This document shows, piece after piece, positions 18,113-27,251 of a stretch of DNA of 64,000 nt. Source of the stretch: a virus (taxonomy: Duplodnaviria; Caudoviricetes); the IMG/VR virus record IMGVR_UViG_3300027730_000005. One strand, given 5' to 3'. The notes beneath the pieces were generated by a model, which was given only the letters and a program-made list of their open reading frames with translations, did no database searches and had not been told where the DNA came from. Numbering within the stretch: the first letter of the stretch is position 1; every line of letters begins with the position of its first letter. A program made the translations under genes and the position numbers.

Positions 18113-18972
18113 TCAATAGATACTCGGGTGATATGTTGTCGTGATGCAATGAGATTGATTATCTCTTCTTGTGTTCTGTTGTCTTGTAAATCTGCTACTG
18201 GATATCTTAATGGTAATGCATATACATTGTACACATTTGCGATGCCGCGAGCAACAAAAAACTCTCGATGTTGTTGAATATATTTTTCTATAGAATCCAA
18301 TTTTGAAGAATTATCAATATTATAAAACGGAATAAAAAAATCTGCAGAGTATCGTTGCCAGGGTTGGAATGCATCGTTACTAATGTATTGATCGTTATCG
18401 TATGTGAGATCTTCAAGAGTCTTTCCTATCTCCACATAGTTCAAACACACAGTACCAAACGGCACTTTCAACGAACCATATTCGACGGCTGTGTCAAGAT
18501 CCAGTTTGTATAGTTTAGGCATACCGAACCAAGTGCAGACCAGTCTGGGGCGATTATATCGTAAACTCTCGCATCTATGCACAGCTATGTTAAGATTAGC
18601 CAATGCTGCACGAACAGTGTGCGGAGCCTGCAGCCAGAACTCATGATTTTGTTGATCTAACAATCCATGATAAGTTTCAAATACATGATGCAGATAATTA
18701 AGATAATCCTGATCAGTAACTGAAGTAAAAGGCCTATCAATGATTGTCTGATAGGAGTTGATTACATTCACACACTCAAGTATGTAACTTTCTGCTTGAT
18801 GTGACTGGTGTTCTAGTGAGTTGAACCCATAAAATCTTTTAGGGTCGTCTAATGACCAACTATTGCGTATGCTCATACGTTCCAACCAGGCCGCCGCAAT
18901 AGGAGTATCTCTCAGTTTAAAACGTAAACTTATAGGATCGTGATTGCCCAGTTCTAACACAAGATGAGTCAT
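18109..18972 (-). CDS. Hypothetical protein, paralogue of 34896..35819
   Basis: DQDYLNYLH, NIAVHRCES, LNYVEIGKTL; ATGA overlap with uvsW. Confidence 0.8.
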   Translation of the reverse strand: MTHLVLELGNHDPISLRFKLRDTPIAAAWLERMSIRNSWSLDDPKRFYGFNSLEHQSHQAESYILECVNVINSYQTIIDRPFTSVTDQDYLNYLHHVFETYHGLLDQQNHEFWLQAPHTVRAALANLNIAVHRCESLRYNRPRLVCTWFGMPKLYKLDLDTAVEYGSLKVPFGTVCLNYVEIGKTLEDLTYDNDQYISNDAFQPWQRYSADFFIPFYNIDNSSKLDSIEKYIQQHREFFVARGIANVYNVYALPLRYPVADLQDNRTQEEIINLIASRQHITRVSIE

Positions 18973-18977
18973 AGTAC

Positions 18978-19006
18978 AATATATAGTAGATATAAATAAA
19001 AGTCAA
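18978..19006 (-). promoter_or_regulatory. Sigma70-type promoter
   Basis: TTGACT-N17-TATATT; ATG 5 nt after -10. Confidence 0.55.
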
Positions 19007-19030
19007 AAAAACAGGCACCGAAGTGCCTGT
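19005..19030 (-). terminator. Rho-independent terminator with UUCG tetraloop
   Basis: ACAGGCAC-TTCG-GTGCCTGT-TTTTTT on minus strand. Confidence 0.9.
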
Positions 19031-19090
19031 ATAAAAGAGTCGCCGGGCTAGAAAAACTTTAGCGACTCTATTTGGGATAAACCCAAAATC

Positions 19091-19198
19091 TTACTTGGCA
19101 TTGATCTGAATTTGAAAGCCAGCTTCTGCAGCCTCATCGGCTTCATACTCTGTATTCACAGCATACAAAAACATATCACCATCCCAAATCTCGTACAT
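19091..19198 (-). CDS. 35-aa acidic small protein
   Basis: Hand translation MYEIWDGDMFLYAVNTEYEADEAAEAGFQIQINAK with AAGGA SD. Confidence 0.6.
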   Translation of the reverse strand: MYEIWDGDMFLYAVNTEYEADEAAEAGFQIQINAK

Positions 19199-19206
19199 AT
19201 CGTTCC

Positions 19207-19359
19207 TTAAAAAATTGCATTGGCCGCAGCAGCAACGTTCCATGCACTGAAAAAAATGTTTACCCAGCCTAGCGTGTTGTTTCCGTTTTCAAAGTCACGT
19301 TTGGCCCATTTGAGCATGAGCCATGTAAGAAAAATATTTAAAATGACCCAGCCACTCAT
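19207..19359 (-). CDS. 50-aa small membrane protein
   Basis: Hand translation MSGWVILNIFLTWLMLKWAKRDFENGNNTLGWVNIFFSAWNVAAAANAIF; TAATG coupling. Confidence 0.6.
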   Translation of the reverse strand: MSGWVILNIFLTWLMLKWAKRDFENGNNTLGWVNIFFSAWNVAAAANAIF

Positions 19360-19463
19360 TATATCACCGCAATCAAAAAAATCAACAAAGCTACCACAGG
19401 ATGTCCAAACAACAAGGCCATCATGGCTAGTATGGTGCCAAAGAAGGCCTTGTCGCTGTCCAT
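19359..19463 (-). CDS. 34-aa small membrane protein
   Basis: MDSDKAFFGTILAMMALLFGHPVVALLIFLIAVI; starts 1 nt after the AAA gene stop. Confidence 0.6.
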   Translation of the reverse strand: MDSDKAFFGTILAMMALLFGHPVVALLIFLIAVI

Positions 19464-19464
19464 C

Positions 19465-20487
19465 TTAGTCCCCAACACGCATACATGTAGTCTCTGCCAG
19501 TCGCTTCCAGTTGCCTTCGCTGAGTTTGCGCAGATCGGCAATCTTCAATGCCATACGCAAACTCATCTCACGCAAACGAGTCTGATTCTTTTCCATGAAC
19601 TCAAAGATTGCATCTTGAGTTTCAGTCTCAAACTCATAATCCTTAAACAACACACCATCTTTGGCAATCTGCTTGATGCGCAAAATCTTGTCACGCATGG
19701 TGTCTAGAGTCAAGTCCAAGTAGTGGCAGCGACTTTGCAGTGCATCCAAGTGATCCCGCAGCTTCTGCGATTTCATAGTCTCAAACTTCAAGTTAGTGAT
19801 AAAGATCACACTGCCTTTGAACTCAAAACTGTCTGGGATGCCTTCACGACGCAGTGTAGAACTCTCGCTCAACCAAGAAATTTTACGTTTCTTGCCAGAG
19901 TCCAATGCACCTTTCAGCAAGTTCAGTGCAACGTCATCTACAAGAATGCTGTCGCAGTCATCAAACACCAGCACACAGTTTTCGTCTGAATACTTGTAAA
20001 GAGTTTGATACAAGCCAATAGGAGTAGCACTGCCTTTGACAACTTCTGCACGAATACGCTTGCCTGCAATGCGATCAAACAATGTGGCTTTGTCAATTTC
20101 TTGTTCAACACCAAAGCTCTTGCCTACGCCTGGAGGGCCACTTACGATCATGGCACGGATACCGCCGTCGATCGCAGCACGGGTCATTTCTGTGAGAATT
20201 TCAAAACGCTCGCGGATACGATCCATTGCAGCTTGTTCAGTTTCTGCCACAAAAGACGTCACAGGTACCGCGGGCGTATGCACTGTATCACCATTTATCA
20301 TTTCATAGTCAGTGATAGCATCAACGCGAATGCGAACAGCAGCAGGGCAGTTGGGAAAGTTCCCGTCATTTTGCACTGTCACAAAGCCGCCTTTGGCACC
20401 TGTTTGAAACCCGTTAATCAGCGTGAAGCTTTGATTTTTAACAGACTTGCCGCGGTACTCGCCGCGAATAATACGAATTGCACTCAT
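19465..20487 (-). CDS. AAA+ ATPase with N-terminal extension
   Basis: Walker A SGPPGVGKS, Walker B LVFDDCD, IFITN, ALQSRC. Confidence 0.85.
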   Translation of the reverse strand: MSAIRIIRGEYRGKSVKNQSFTLINGFQTGAKGGFVTVQNDGNFPNCPAAVRIRVDAITDYEMINGDTVHTPAVPVTSFVAETEQAAMDRIRERFEILTEMTRAAIDGGIRAMIVSGPPGVGKSFGVEQEIDKATLFDRIAGKRIRAEVVKGSATPIGLYQTLYKYSDENCVLVFDDCDSILVDDVALNLLKGALDSGKKRKISWLSESSTLRREGIPDSFEFKGSVIFITNLKFETMKSQKLRDHLDALQSRCHYLDLTLDTMRDKILRIKQIAKDGVLFKDYEFETETQDAIFEFMEKNQTRLREMSLRMALKIADLRKLSEGNWKRLAETTCMRVGD

Positions 20488-20519
20488 GGTTTCTAGCCCC
20501 GTTTTGTTAATATGTTACT

Positions 20520-20548
20520 ATTGTAGCAGTGGTTGAATTACCAGTCAA
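20520..20548 (-). promoter_or_regulatory. Sigma70-type promoter (AAA operon)
   Basis: TTGACT-N17-TACAAT. Confidence 0.75.
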
Positions 20549-20649
20549 CTCCTTTTTACAGGATTTTTCCAACTTTTTTGCAAAAACTGTGGGTTTTTTG
20601 CCACACTGTTTAGCAGTGTTTTTGTTGGTATCTTTGTTGACATGCAGAT

Positions 20650-20678
20650 ATTATAACGCAGATTGCATTAGTGGTCAA
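20650..20678 (-). promoter_or_regulatory. Sigma70-type promoter
   Basis: TTGACC-N17-TATAAT. Confidence 0.8.
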
Positions 20679-20685
20679 TGATCAT

Positions 20686-20712
20686 AAAAAAACCCTACAA
20701 TCTGTAGGGTTG
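20686..20712 (-). terminator. Rho-independent terminator
   Basis: AACCCTACA/TGTAGGGTT stem followed by a T-run on minus strand. Confidence 0.8.
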
Positions 20713-20729
20713 TTGTGTGGTGTATTAAC

Positions 20730-21290
20730 TTATACGGGTGTGCTATTCCCTACAGGAACTGTGTCGTTGAATTTTTGAATATAAGCACCAAATGATACTA
20801 TTTCACCTCTGTAAATAAACATGCAACCTGGGCCAGTTTTACCAAAATTATCATCAATGTTATATCTGTCAGATATAACATTGCCGTTAACTAATGGTTG
20901 AGTATCTATATTGTAAAGTACGAATGTATTTGCATTTCCCGGAATAGCAATGTACTTAGTAGGATCAGTGGGATCTATTTCAAAACTAATACAGTAATTT
21001 GAATAAATGCCTTGCAAGCATATATCTCCACCAGCACAAGTGAATTCCATCGGAACATTAATTGAATCATCTGTAGTGCCAGGAGCCCAATCGGCAATAT
21101 CAAGATCAAACACAGCTTCCGAGTACGGTGTTAATGTACTCAAAACCTGAGCCGGAAATGAATCCAAAGTTTCAGCCAAATAACCTGAAAATACTTCGTT
21201 ACCATTGGCCATAATGGTCACTAACGCTTGCCCAAGACTGCCATCACAGTTACTAACTTGAAATCTTGCTTTTAATGTTTTAATACTCAT
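20730..21290 (-). CDS. Hypothetical late protein
   Basis: 186 aa, TAAATA and AGGAG upstream, terminator downstream. Confidence 0.75.
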   Translation of the reverse strand: MSIKTLKARFQVSNCDGSLGQALVTIMANGNEVFSGYLAETLDSFPAQVLSTLTPYSEAVFDLDIADWAPGTTDDSINVPMEFTCAGGDICLQGIYSNYCISFEIDPTDPTKYIAIPGNANTFVLYNIDTQPLVNGNVISDRYNIDDNFGKTGPGCMFIYRGEIVSFGAYIQKFNDTVPVGNSTPV

Positions 21291-21318
21291 TCTGATATCT
21301 CCTGATAATGTATTTATC

Positions 21319-22155
21319 TCAACACCAGTGTTTTTTTATTACAATATCGTCGGCTTCGTGCGGTTTAGGATCTCCATGAAATACTAACACACTGTTGCCG
21401 GGTGCAAGTATAGTACCACGCCCAGGGCGATTATAAGTTCTATTTTTAAAATTCATTCCGCCATCTAATGCAGTCCATCTCCAACTTACAATTCGGTCTG
21501 AATCCATAAATTGGCGTTTTTCTGGAGCAATTACTGATGTAAGATATTCCTGATCACCACCGTGTTGATATCTGCTGATTATTTTGTTAGCACCATTTTG
21601 TTCAAAGTTTGACCACACATGAGACCATTTGGTAGTGTCCCAATACATCACAGATGAGTTCATATTTTGTATATCTGATTTCCATAGCATTCTGAAATCT
21701 CGTATGGTCCAAAAATAAAATGGGCTGAGATCCACAATCCAATCTATATTGTCAACAATTACAGTATCTAGATCAAAGTACAACAATTGTCCTTGATGGT
21801 GTACTGGATTGAACATTTGCATTTTGTACCACCAGCTGCGTTTGCGACCACTTATGCCTGTCCATTCTGTCAAATCATGTTTGACCATATGCGGTGGCAC
21901 TGGTCGGCTGGGTTCTGTATACACATGCAATCTCACGCCACGTGTCAAATGGCGACTCAACATGCTGTGTAATTTTTCTACGTAAACCCAATCGTATCCA
22001 TTACCATGTATAACACAGGCACAATCAACAGGTCCAGTTGTGTCAGACACAGTAGGAGCAATATATCCAGGTAGTTTTTTTGCTCGATGTGCTGCTCTTT
22101 CAGCACGGTGCCTTTCTTTTTCTTGTTTTTTAGATAGTTCCTGGTGATATGACAT
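21319..22155 (-). CDS. GT-A glycosyltransferase (GT8-like)
   Basis: WWYKMQMF, LYFDLDTVI (DxD), NSSVM, GDQEYL, VFHGDPKP. Confidence 0.8.
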   Translation of the reverse strand: MSYHQELSKKQEKERHRAERAAHRAKKLPGYIAPTVSDTTGPVDCACVIHGNGYDWVYVEKLHSMLSRHLTRGVRLHVYTEPSRPVPPHMVKHDLTEWTGISGRKRSWWYKMQMFNPVHHQGQLLYFDLDTVIVDNIDWIVDLSPFYFWTIRDFRMLWKSDIQNMNSSVMYWDTTKWSHVWSNFEQNGANKIISRYQHGGDQEYLTSVIAPEKRQFMDSDRIVSWRWTALDGGMNFKNRTYNRPGRGTILAPGNSVLVFHGDPKPHEADDIVIKKHWC

Positions 22156-22197
22156 ATGTAATAATTATCTGTTGGCCCCGAGACATAAATATCTTTA

Positions 22198-22884
22198 ATG
22201 ATACCTAAAATTATACACCATGTGTGGCCCGGTGCTGACCCATTTAGAAAAAAGTTTCACTCATGGCGTAATAGTTGGATGAAGGAACATCCCGATTGGA
22301 CATTTCATTTCTGGCGGTTGGACAATTTACCCAACCATATTAATCCTGACGTAAAACAAGCTGTAAACGATCCTGGGTTTGCATTGTGCCCAAAATCAGA
22401 CATGATAAGATTTGAAATAGTGAGATTGTTTGGTGGCATTTATGTAGATACTGACATGGAATGTCTTAAATCATTTGAGCCATTTCTCAAGCACTCGTTC
22501 TTCACCGGGCACGAAGATGATCAGCGCAGGATATGCCCTAGTGTGTTTGGAGCAGAACCCAACCATCCTATATTAACTCAAATGTCATTGACCAGTGTTG
22601 CCAACTCCCAACGTTACGGGTATGAATTGTGTAACACACAACCACACAAATATACTAGTGTAAAACCCTTTACTAAAATAGTACGAGCACACATAGCACA
22701 ACTTACCGAGCCTGTTGATGCTGCCGGGGTTGAATTGATCAAGGTATACGATCGAAATTACTTTTATCCTGTTTATTACAATGAAAAACATCGATTAACA
22801 GAAGAGACTCCCGAATCTTATGCCAAGCATCACTGGACTGGTAATGACCCTGACGGCTGGACCAACGGGCCAAAGTTTGCTTGA
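22198..22884 (+). CDS. Glycosyltransferase GT32/OCH1-like
   Basis: MIPKIIHHVW, SDMIRFEIVRLFGGIYVDTD, HHWTG. Confidence 0.88.
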   Translation: MIPKIIHHVWPGADPFRKKFHSWRNSWMKEHPDWTFHFWRLDNLPNHINPDVKQAVNDPGFALCPKSDMIRFEIVRLFGGIYVDTDMECLKSFEPFLKHSFFTGHEDDQRRICPSVFGAEPNHPILTQMSLTSVANSQRYGYELCNTQPHKYTSVKPFTKIVRAHIAQLTEPVDAAGVELIKVYDRNYFYPVYYNEKHRLTEETPESYAKHHWTGNDPDGWTNGPKFA

Positions 22885-23654
22885 TCTGACCACCATTGGT
22901 AGTGTTTGATCACTGCCATTACATTGTTGGGATATGGGTAATCAACATAATCAGTCTTGCATTTATGATTGATAGCTTGGTCGGGATTTCCAGTTTTAAA
23001 TGATGCCAACACTTGGTCAGGATCTCTGTATTGACTTTCAATATTGCTGATCACTTTGCTTTGTATCCGCGTGTCATTTCCCATCCAAGTCCAATGCCAT
23101 CCTGCAATGCCTGGAAATTTTGCACAATGAGCTCGATTTTTTCTTTTGTGCTGATCACCTTTGTACAGTTGTTGAGGGTTTTGAATCATGTGTTTTTTTG
23201 CTATCACATGTCCTTGCCAAGTCCTATAGGCTTTTTGGTCAAGACGATAAATGAACATATCCAAGGTGCAGCACACAGGTTGATTGGTTTTGTTGATTAA
23301 CTCAACAATGTCAGCCAACACATTAGGATCAAGTATCTCGTCGAGATCACTGTGTATTACGATATCGTCGAGGTCTAGTAGATCTATACCTTGTTGTAGA
23401 CTGGCTCTGCTAAAATTTTCACATTGCCAATCTCTATAGTCGCTGGGTATGTCAAGACAGATCACATGGAATTTGTCGCCATATTTTTGTTTATATGCGC
23501 TGAGCCGTTGTGAGAAATAATAAGGTTTAAGTTTCCCACTCCAGGTCCTATTGCCTTCAAGTATGATCCAACGATCAACATAGTTCTTTGAAAGATCTAA
23601 TCTTAGATCTAACATATCAAACTCATCGTTAAACATAAAAGAATCTGCTATCAT
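22830..23654 (-). CDS. Glycosyltransferase GT17-like
   Basis: DSFMFNDEFDMLDLRL, HSDLDEI, GWHWTW. Confidence 0.82.
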   Translation of the reverse strand: MIADSFMFNDEFDMLDLRLDLSKNYVDRWIILEGNRTWSGKLKPYYFSQRLSAYKQKYGDKFHVICLDIPSDYRDWQCENFSRASLQQGIDLLDLDDIVIHSDLDEILDPNVLADIVELINKTNQPVCCTLDMFIYRLDQKAYRTWQGHVIAKKHMIQNPQQLYKGDQHKRKNRAHCAKFPGIAGWHWTWMGNDTRIQSKVISNIESQYRDPDQVLASFKTGNPDQAINHKCKTDYVDYPYPNNVMAVIKHYQWWSDQANFGPLVQPSGSLPVQ

Positions 23655-24286
23655 AATTTGTAAATTATCTGATAATCATCGTGAATAGGATATATTCTTT
23701 TTTGCTCAAGATATTCAAATATTTTACGACCTTTACCTGCTCGTTGATTGGTTTCAATTAATCTTGAATTATCATCTATGGCCACTATTACACCTGGCTT
23801 TAAAAAAGGTTCTATAACAAGAAATTCTTGAAGATGATGTTCAGCACTAGGATTATCATCGTGCCATGTAACATCATAGCTGTCTAGATAAAACAAGTCT
23901 ACTTGATCAAGATCAGGCTGTTGTTTTAGCCAGGCCACACTGTCTGAACATTCTGCTCGATGATAAACAGGATCAATGAATGCATTAGCGGCATCTACTG
24001 CGTTTTGATTTATATCCACGCTGCGAACTGATCCACCGTGATGTTTGACAAAGTCTGCAAACAACACCCCGCTGTTCCCGTCTTTCCAGTTATTAGGTTG
24101 GCGTGTGCTACCTGTTTCGATGATTTTAAAATTATTGTTTTTGATTTTTAATAGCTCATGTAACATGATCTCAAATCCGGCAGCTCGCTGATACAGACCA
24201 GTGACCAGGCCGCGTTTTTTAGCACTGACATTGATATTTAAAAAAGGTTTGTATTGATGTTCAAATCTCTCAGACCATGGTTTCAT
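23651..24286 (-). CDS. Class I SAM-dependent methyltransferase
   Basis: IIETGS, VRSVDIN, SDSVAWL, DLFYLDSYD, LKPGVIVAIDD. Confidence 0.75.
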   Translation of the reverse strand: MKPWSERFEHQYKPFLNINVSAKKRGLVTGLYQRAAGFEIMLHELLKIKNNNFKIIETGSTRQPNNWKDGNSGVLFADFVKHHGGSVRSVDINQNAVDAANAFIDPVYHRAECSDSVAWLKQQPDLDQVDLFYLDSYDVTWHDDNPSAEHHLQEFLVIEPFLKPGVIVAIDDNSRLIETNQRAGKGRKIFEYLEQKRIYPIHDDYQIIYKL

Positions 24287-24298
24287 AATAAGTCTTTC

Positions 24299-25063
24299 TT
24301 ACACAAAGTTAATAGTATCAGCATACAACTGCCGTGGATCATTTTTGACCAATTCCGCCCATTCAATCATGGAATCTATACTGAGGGTTTTTCCTTTGTT
24401 CAATGCATAGGAATTGCTAAACAAGCGGAAAAAATCATCAAGGTAATGCATGTCAAAATTGTTTTCTGCCAACAGCACAGGACAAAACTCTAAAATCACC
24501 AAACAGTCTTTGGGTAGATTTTTCATAGTGTTTGCAGCACCATCTAATACATATGGTTCCCAGCCCTGCACATCCATTTTTATAGCACGTATTTCGCTGG
24601 CCCGATCACCAACTATGGTGTCTAATGTGATCTGAGGTACAGCAATAGATCCAGCAGATGACACTCTAGTGTCTCCAAAATTGTCTGGATTATAGTTGAT
24701 AGTTACCGTGGATTCTGAATCTCCTAGTGCTGCTTCAAACAAATGTGCAGAGGGGCAGTTTTGTTTCAGTACCTGGAAGTTCCTGGGATCGGGTTCAAAC
24801 GCAAACACTTCAGCTTGTTTAAGTTCAGCCATTTTGCTATACCATCCGATGTTGGCACCTATATCAATCACAACATCTCCAGGGCGGATATGATCCATCC
24901 ATATTTTTGTTATGTCACTTTCCCAGCCATTGTGCTTTAGTATTTTTCTGCTGACCATTCGATCTTCTTTAGGATCATGTATATAAAAATCAAAATTTAA
25001 GTCGTGACAGTTGAGATTAAGTTTGTGCATATGGGATATTTTCAAATAACAGTCTCTGATCAA
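24299..25063 (-). CDS. FkbM-family methyltransferase
   Basis: VIDIGANIGWYS, FAFEPDPRN, IKMDVQGWEPYVLDGA. Confidence 0.9.
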   Translation of the reverse strand: MIRDCYLKISHMHKLNLNCHDLNFDFYIHDPKEDRMVSRKILKHNGWESDITKIWMDHIRPGDVVIDIGANIGWYSKMAELKQAEVFAFEPDPRNFQVLKQNCPSAHLFEAALGDSESTVTINYNPDNFGDTRVSSAGSIAVPQITLDTIVGDRASEIRAIKMDVQGWEPYVLDGAANTMKNLPKDCLVILEFCPVLLAENNFDMHYLDDFFRLFSNSYALNKGKTLSIDSMIEWAELVKNDPRQLYADTINFV

Positions 25064-25748
25064 ACTCTATTAAAGAAAGATTCAGAGTTGGTCGACGGCC
25101 CACATATCTTGGATATTCTCTCCAGGAATGACGTGGAAGATTGTGTAAATCATTGACATTATCCATTCTGTCGGGCAGATAGAAAAACCCATTTACTCCG
25201 CAAGTGTCCACAGTGAAAAATTCATAACCAAATTGTTTGGTCAGTTGTTGATATGCACTTAAACTGGCTCCGCAGGTTGCAATTTTGTATTTGTGCAAAT
25301 TGGGATGCACAGTGCATATCCAGTCAGCTCCGTAATAGCTCAAGTATTCCAAGCACATCACTGCCGGGCGGAAATTGTAATTGTATAAGAGATCTTTTAA
25401 TACCCAAAAATCAAAACTGTCAATGTCTAAACTAAAAAAGTCCGGAGTGCGTGTGGGCCAATTTCCTACCAACTGGTCTAATTGCCCCAATGTCACATTA
25501 CACACTCTATGATCATAGTCAGAGTGAACCCATCTTGGTTGATTCATGTCATGCCCGATACCATTGTAACCGCGATTCTCAACAAGGTTACGAATCATGT
25601 TTTGTTCACCTGTTCCTGATCCAATTTCTATAGCCCAATGATTGGGATTCTTAACATGTGAGCATAACAGATCAATTATTCCATCTTCTCGGTGTTGTGA
25701 ACTAAACTGTGATTCGTATGGGAGGAAATCTTCGTCGGGATAATGCAT
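25017..25748 (-). CDS. FkbM-like methyltransferase
   Basis: SQHREDGII, IEIGSG, FSLDIDSFDFWV, FRPAVMCLEY, GVNGFF. Confidence 0.7.
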   Translation of the reverse strand: MHYPDEDFLPYESQFSSQHREDGIIDLLCSHVKNPNHWAIEIGSGTGEQNMIRNLVENRGYNGIGHDMNQPRWVHSDYDHRVCNVTLGQLDQLVGNWPTRTPDFFSLDIDSFDFWVLKDLLYNYNFRPAVMCLEYLSYYGADWICTVHPNLHKYKIATCGASLSAYQQLTKQFGYEFFTVDTCGVNGFFYLPDRMDNVNDLHNLPRHSWREYPRYVGRRPTLNLSLIEFDQRLLFENIPYAQT

Positions 25749-25788
25749 GATATTTTATTTACCGTTATGTGTGCCGATAAATATTTCT

Positions 25789-26562
25789 ATGGACACTATG
25801 AAAATTGTAATCGTTACAGGTGGATTTGACCCCTGTCATTCCGGACACCTTGCCTACTTCAAAGCAGCCCGCACCCTGGGCAATTGGCTAATTGTAGGTG
25901 TTAACTCTGACGCATGGCTTACTCGTAAAAAAGGTAGGCCATTCATGCCTTTGAGCGAACGTGTTGCACTGGTAAGCAATCTTGCCATGGTAGATGAAGT
26001 TGTTACCTACGATGACTCAGATGGTTCAAGTTCAGATGCTATCCGGGTAGTTCGTGCCAGATATCCCAATTCTGATATTGTGTTTGCCAATGGCGGTGAT
26101 AGAACACAAGAAAACATTCCCGAAATGAGTGTGCAAGATTCCCGCTTGGAGTTTGCATTTGGTGTAGGTGGTGAAGACAAAAAGAATAGCAGCAGTTGGA
26201 TCTTGGAAGAATGGAAAAAACCCAAAACAGATCGTGCGTGGGGATATTATCGTGTTCTGCACGAAGTTGGACCACATGTCAAACTCAAAGAACTAACGGT
26301 GATGCCCGGGCAACGACTCAGTATGCAACGTCATGAAAAACGTGCTGAGTTTTGGTTTGTAGCCGAAGGTGAAGCTACTGTATACACAGTAGATCCATAC
26401 AGCACAGACTATGATTTACTGGCCAGACCTGCTCGGCATCAACATACCTGGATTCGACTAGGAGAATGGCATCAGCTATGCAACGAAACTGATCAATTGC
26501 TTAAACTAATTGAAATCCAATATGGTGAAGATTGCATAGAAGAAGATATTCATCGCAAATGA
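25789..26562 (+). CDS. Cytidylyltransferase (HxGH) fused to mannose-6-phosphate-isomerase-type cupin
   Basis: TGGFDPCHSGH, VGVNSD, FANGGDR, KNSSS; C-terminal RAWGYY...SMQRH...EFW; start likely ATG 25789. Confidence 0.85.
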   Translation: MDTMKIVIVTGGFDPCHSGHLAYFKAARTLGNWLIVGVNSDAWLTRKKGRPFMPLSERVALVSNLAMVDEVVTYDDSDGSSSDAIRVVRARYPNSDIVFANGGDRTQENIPEMSVQDSRLEFAFGVGGEDKKNSSSWILEEWKKPKTDRAWGYYRVLHEVGPHVKLKELTVMPGQRLSMQRHEKRAEFWFVAEGEATVYTVDPYSTDYDLLARPARHQHTWIRLGEWHQLCNETDQLLKLIEIQYGEDCIEEDIHRK

Positions 26563-27251
26563 AAAACATCATACCAGTGTTTGTAGGGTACGATCCTAGA
26601 GAAGCTATTGCATATCACACCTGTGTGAATTCAATCATACGCAACAGTAGCAAACCTGTGGCCATTATACCATTAGCATTGAATCTTTTTAAAGATTATT
26701 CTGAAACACACACTGATGGATCTAATCATTTTATATACACACGTTTCCTAGTACCGCATTTGATGCAATATCGTGGCCATGCTATCTTTATAGATGGTGA
26801 TATGATTGTGCGTGGAGATATTGCCGAGTTATGGGAATTGCAAAACAGTTACATGGATGTGCAAGTTGTCAAACACAATTACGAAACACGCATGACTGAA
26901 AAGTACCTTGGCAGCAAAAACGAAAACTATCCACGCAAAAACTGGAGCAGTGTGATGTTGTGGAACTGCAATAGTTTTCCCAATCGTAAACTAACTCCAG
27001 AATTCATTGAAAAATCTACTGGTGCCGAACTGCATAGATTTACCTGGCTTGATGATGACCGCATAGGGGAATTACCTGCTGAATGGAATTGGTTGGATGT
27101 AGAATACGAATATAATCCATCGGCAAAATTAGTTCACTTCACACTAGGAACTCCTTGTTTTCATGAATTTGCCAATCAAGGCAATTTCTCAAATGAATGG
27201 CATCGAGAACGTATCTTCACTGAACACTGTCAACAGAGAGATATTGCATGA
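26559..27251 (+). CDS. GT-A glycosyltransferase (GT8-like)
   Basis: FVGYDPRE, FIYTRF, FIDGDM, YPRKNWSS, LHRFTW, VHFTLGTP; start at ATGA overlap 26559. Confidence 0.82.
   Translation: MKNIIPVFVGYDPREAIAYHTCVNSIIRNSSKPVAIIPLALNLFKDYSETHTDGSNHFIYTRFLVPHLMQYRGHAIFIDGDMIVRGDIAELWELQNSYMDVQVVKHNYETRMTEKYLGSKNENYPRKNWSSVMLWNCNSFPNRKLTPEFIEKSTGAELHRFTWLDDDRIGELPAEWNWLDVEYEYNPSAKLVHFTLGTPCFHEFANQGNFSNEWHRERIFTEHCQQRDIA

Noticed and set aside
19035-19070. AGAGTCGC/GCGACTCT inverted repeat as a small RNA
   Set aside because: Adjacent to a clear terminator at the operon end; most simply a second 3' stem, with no further support.
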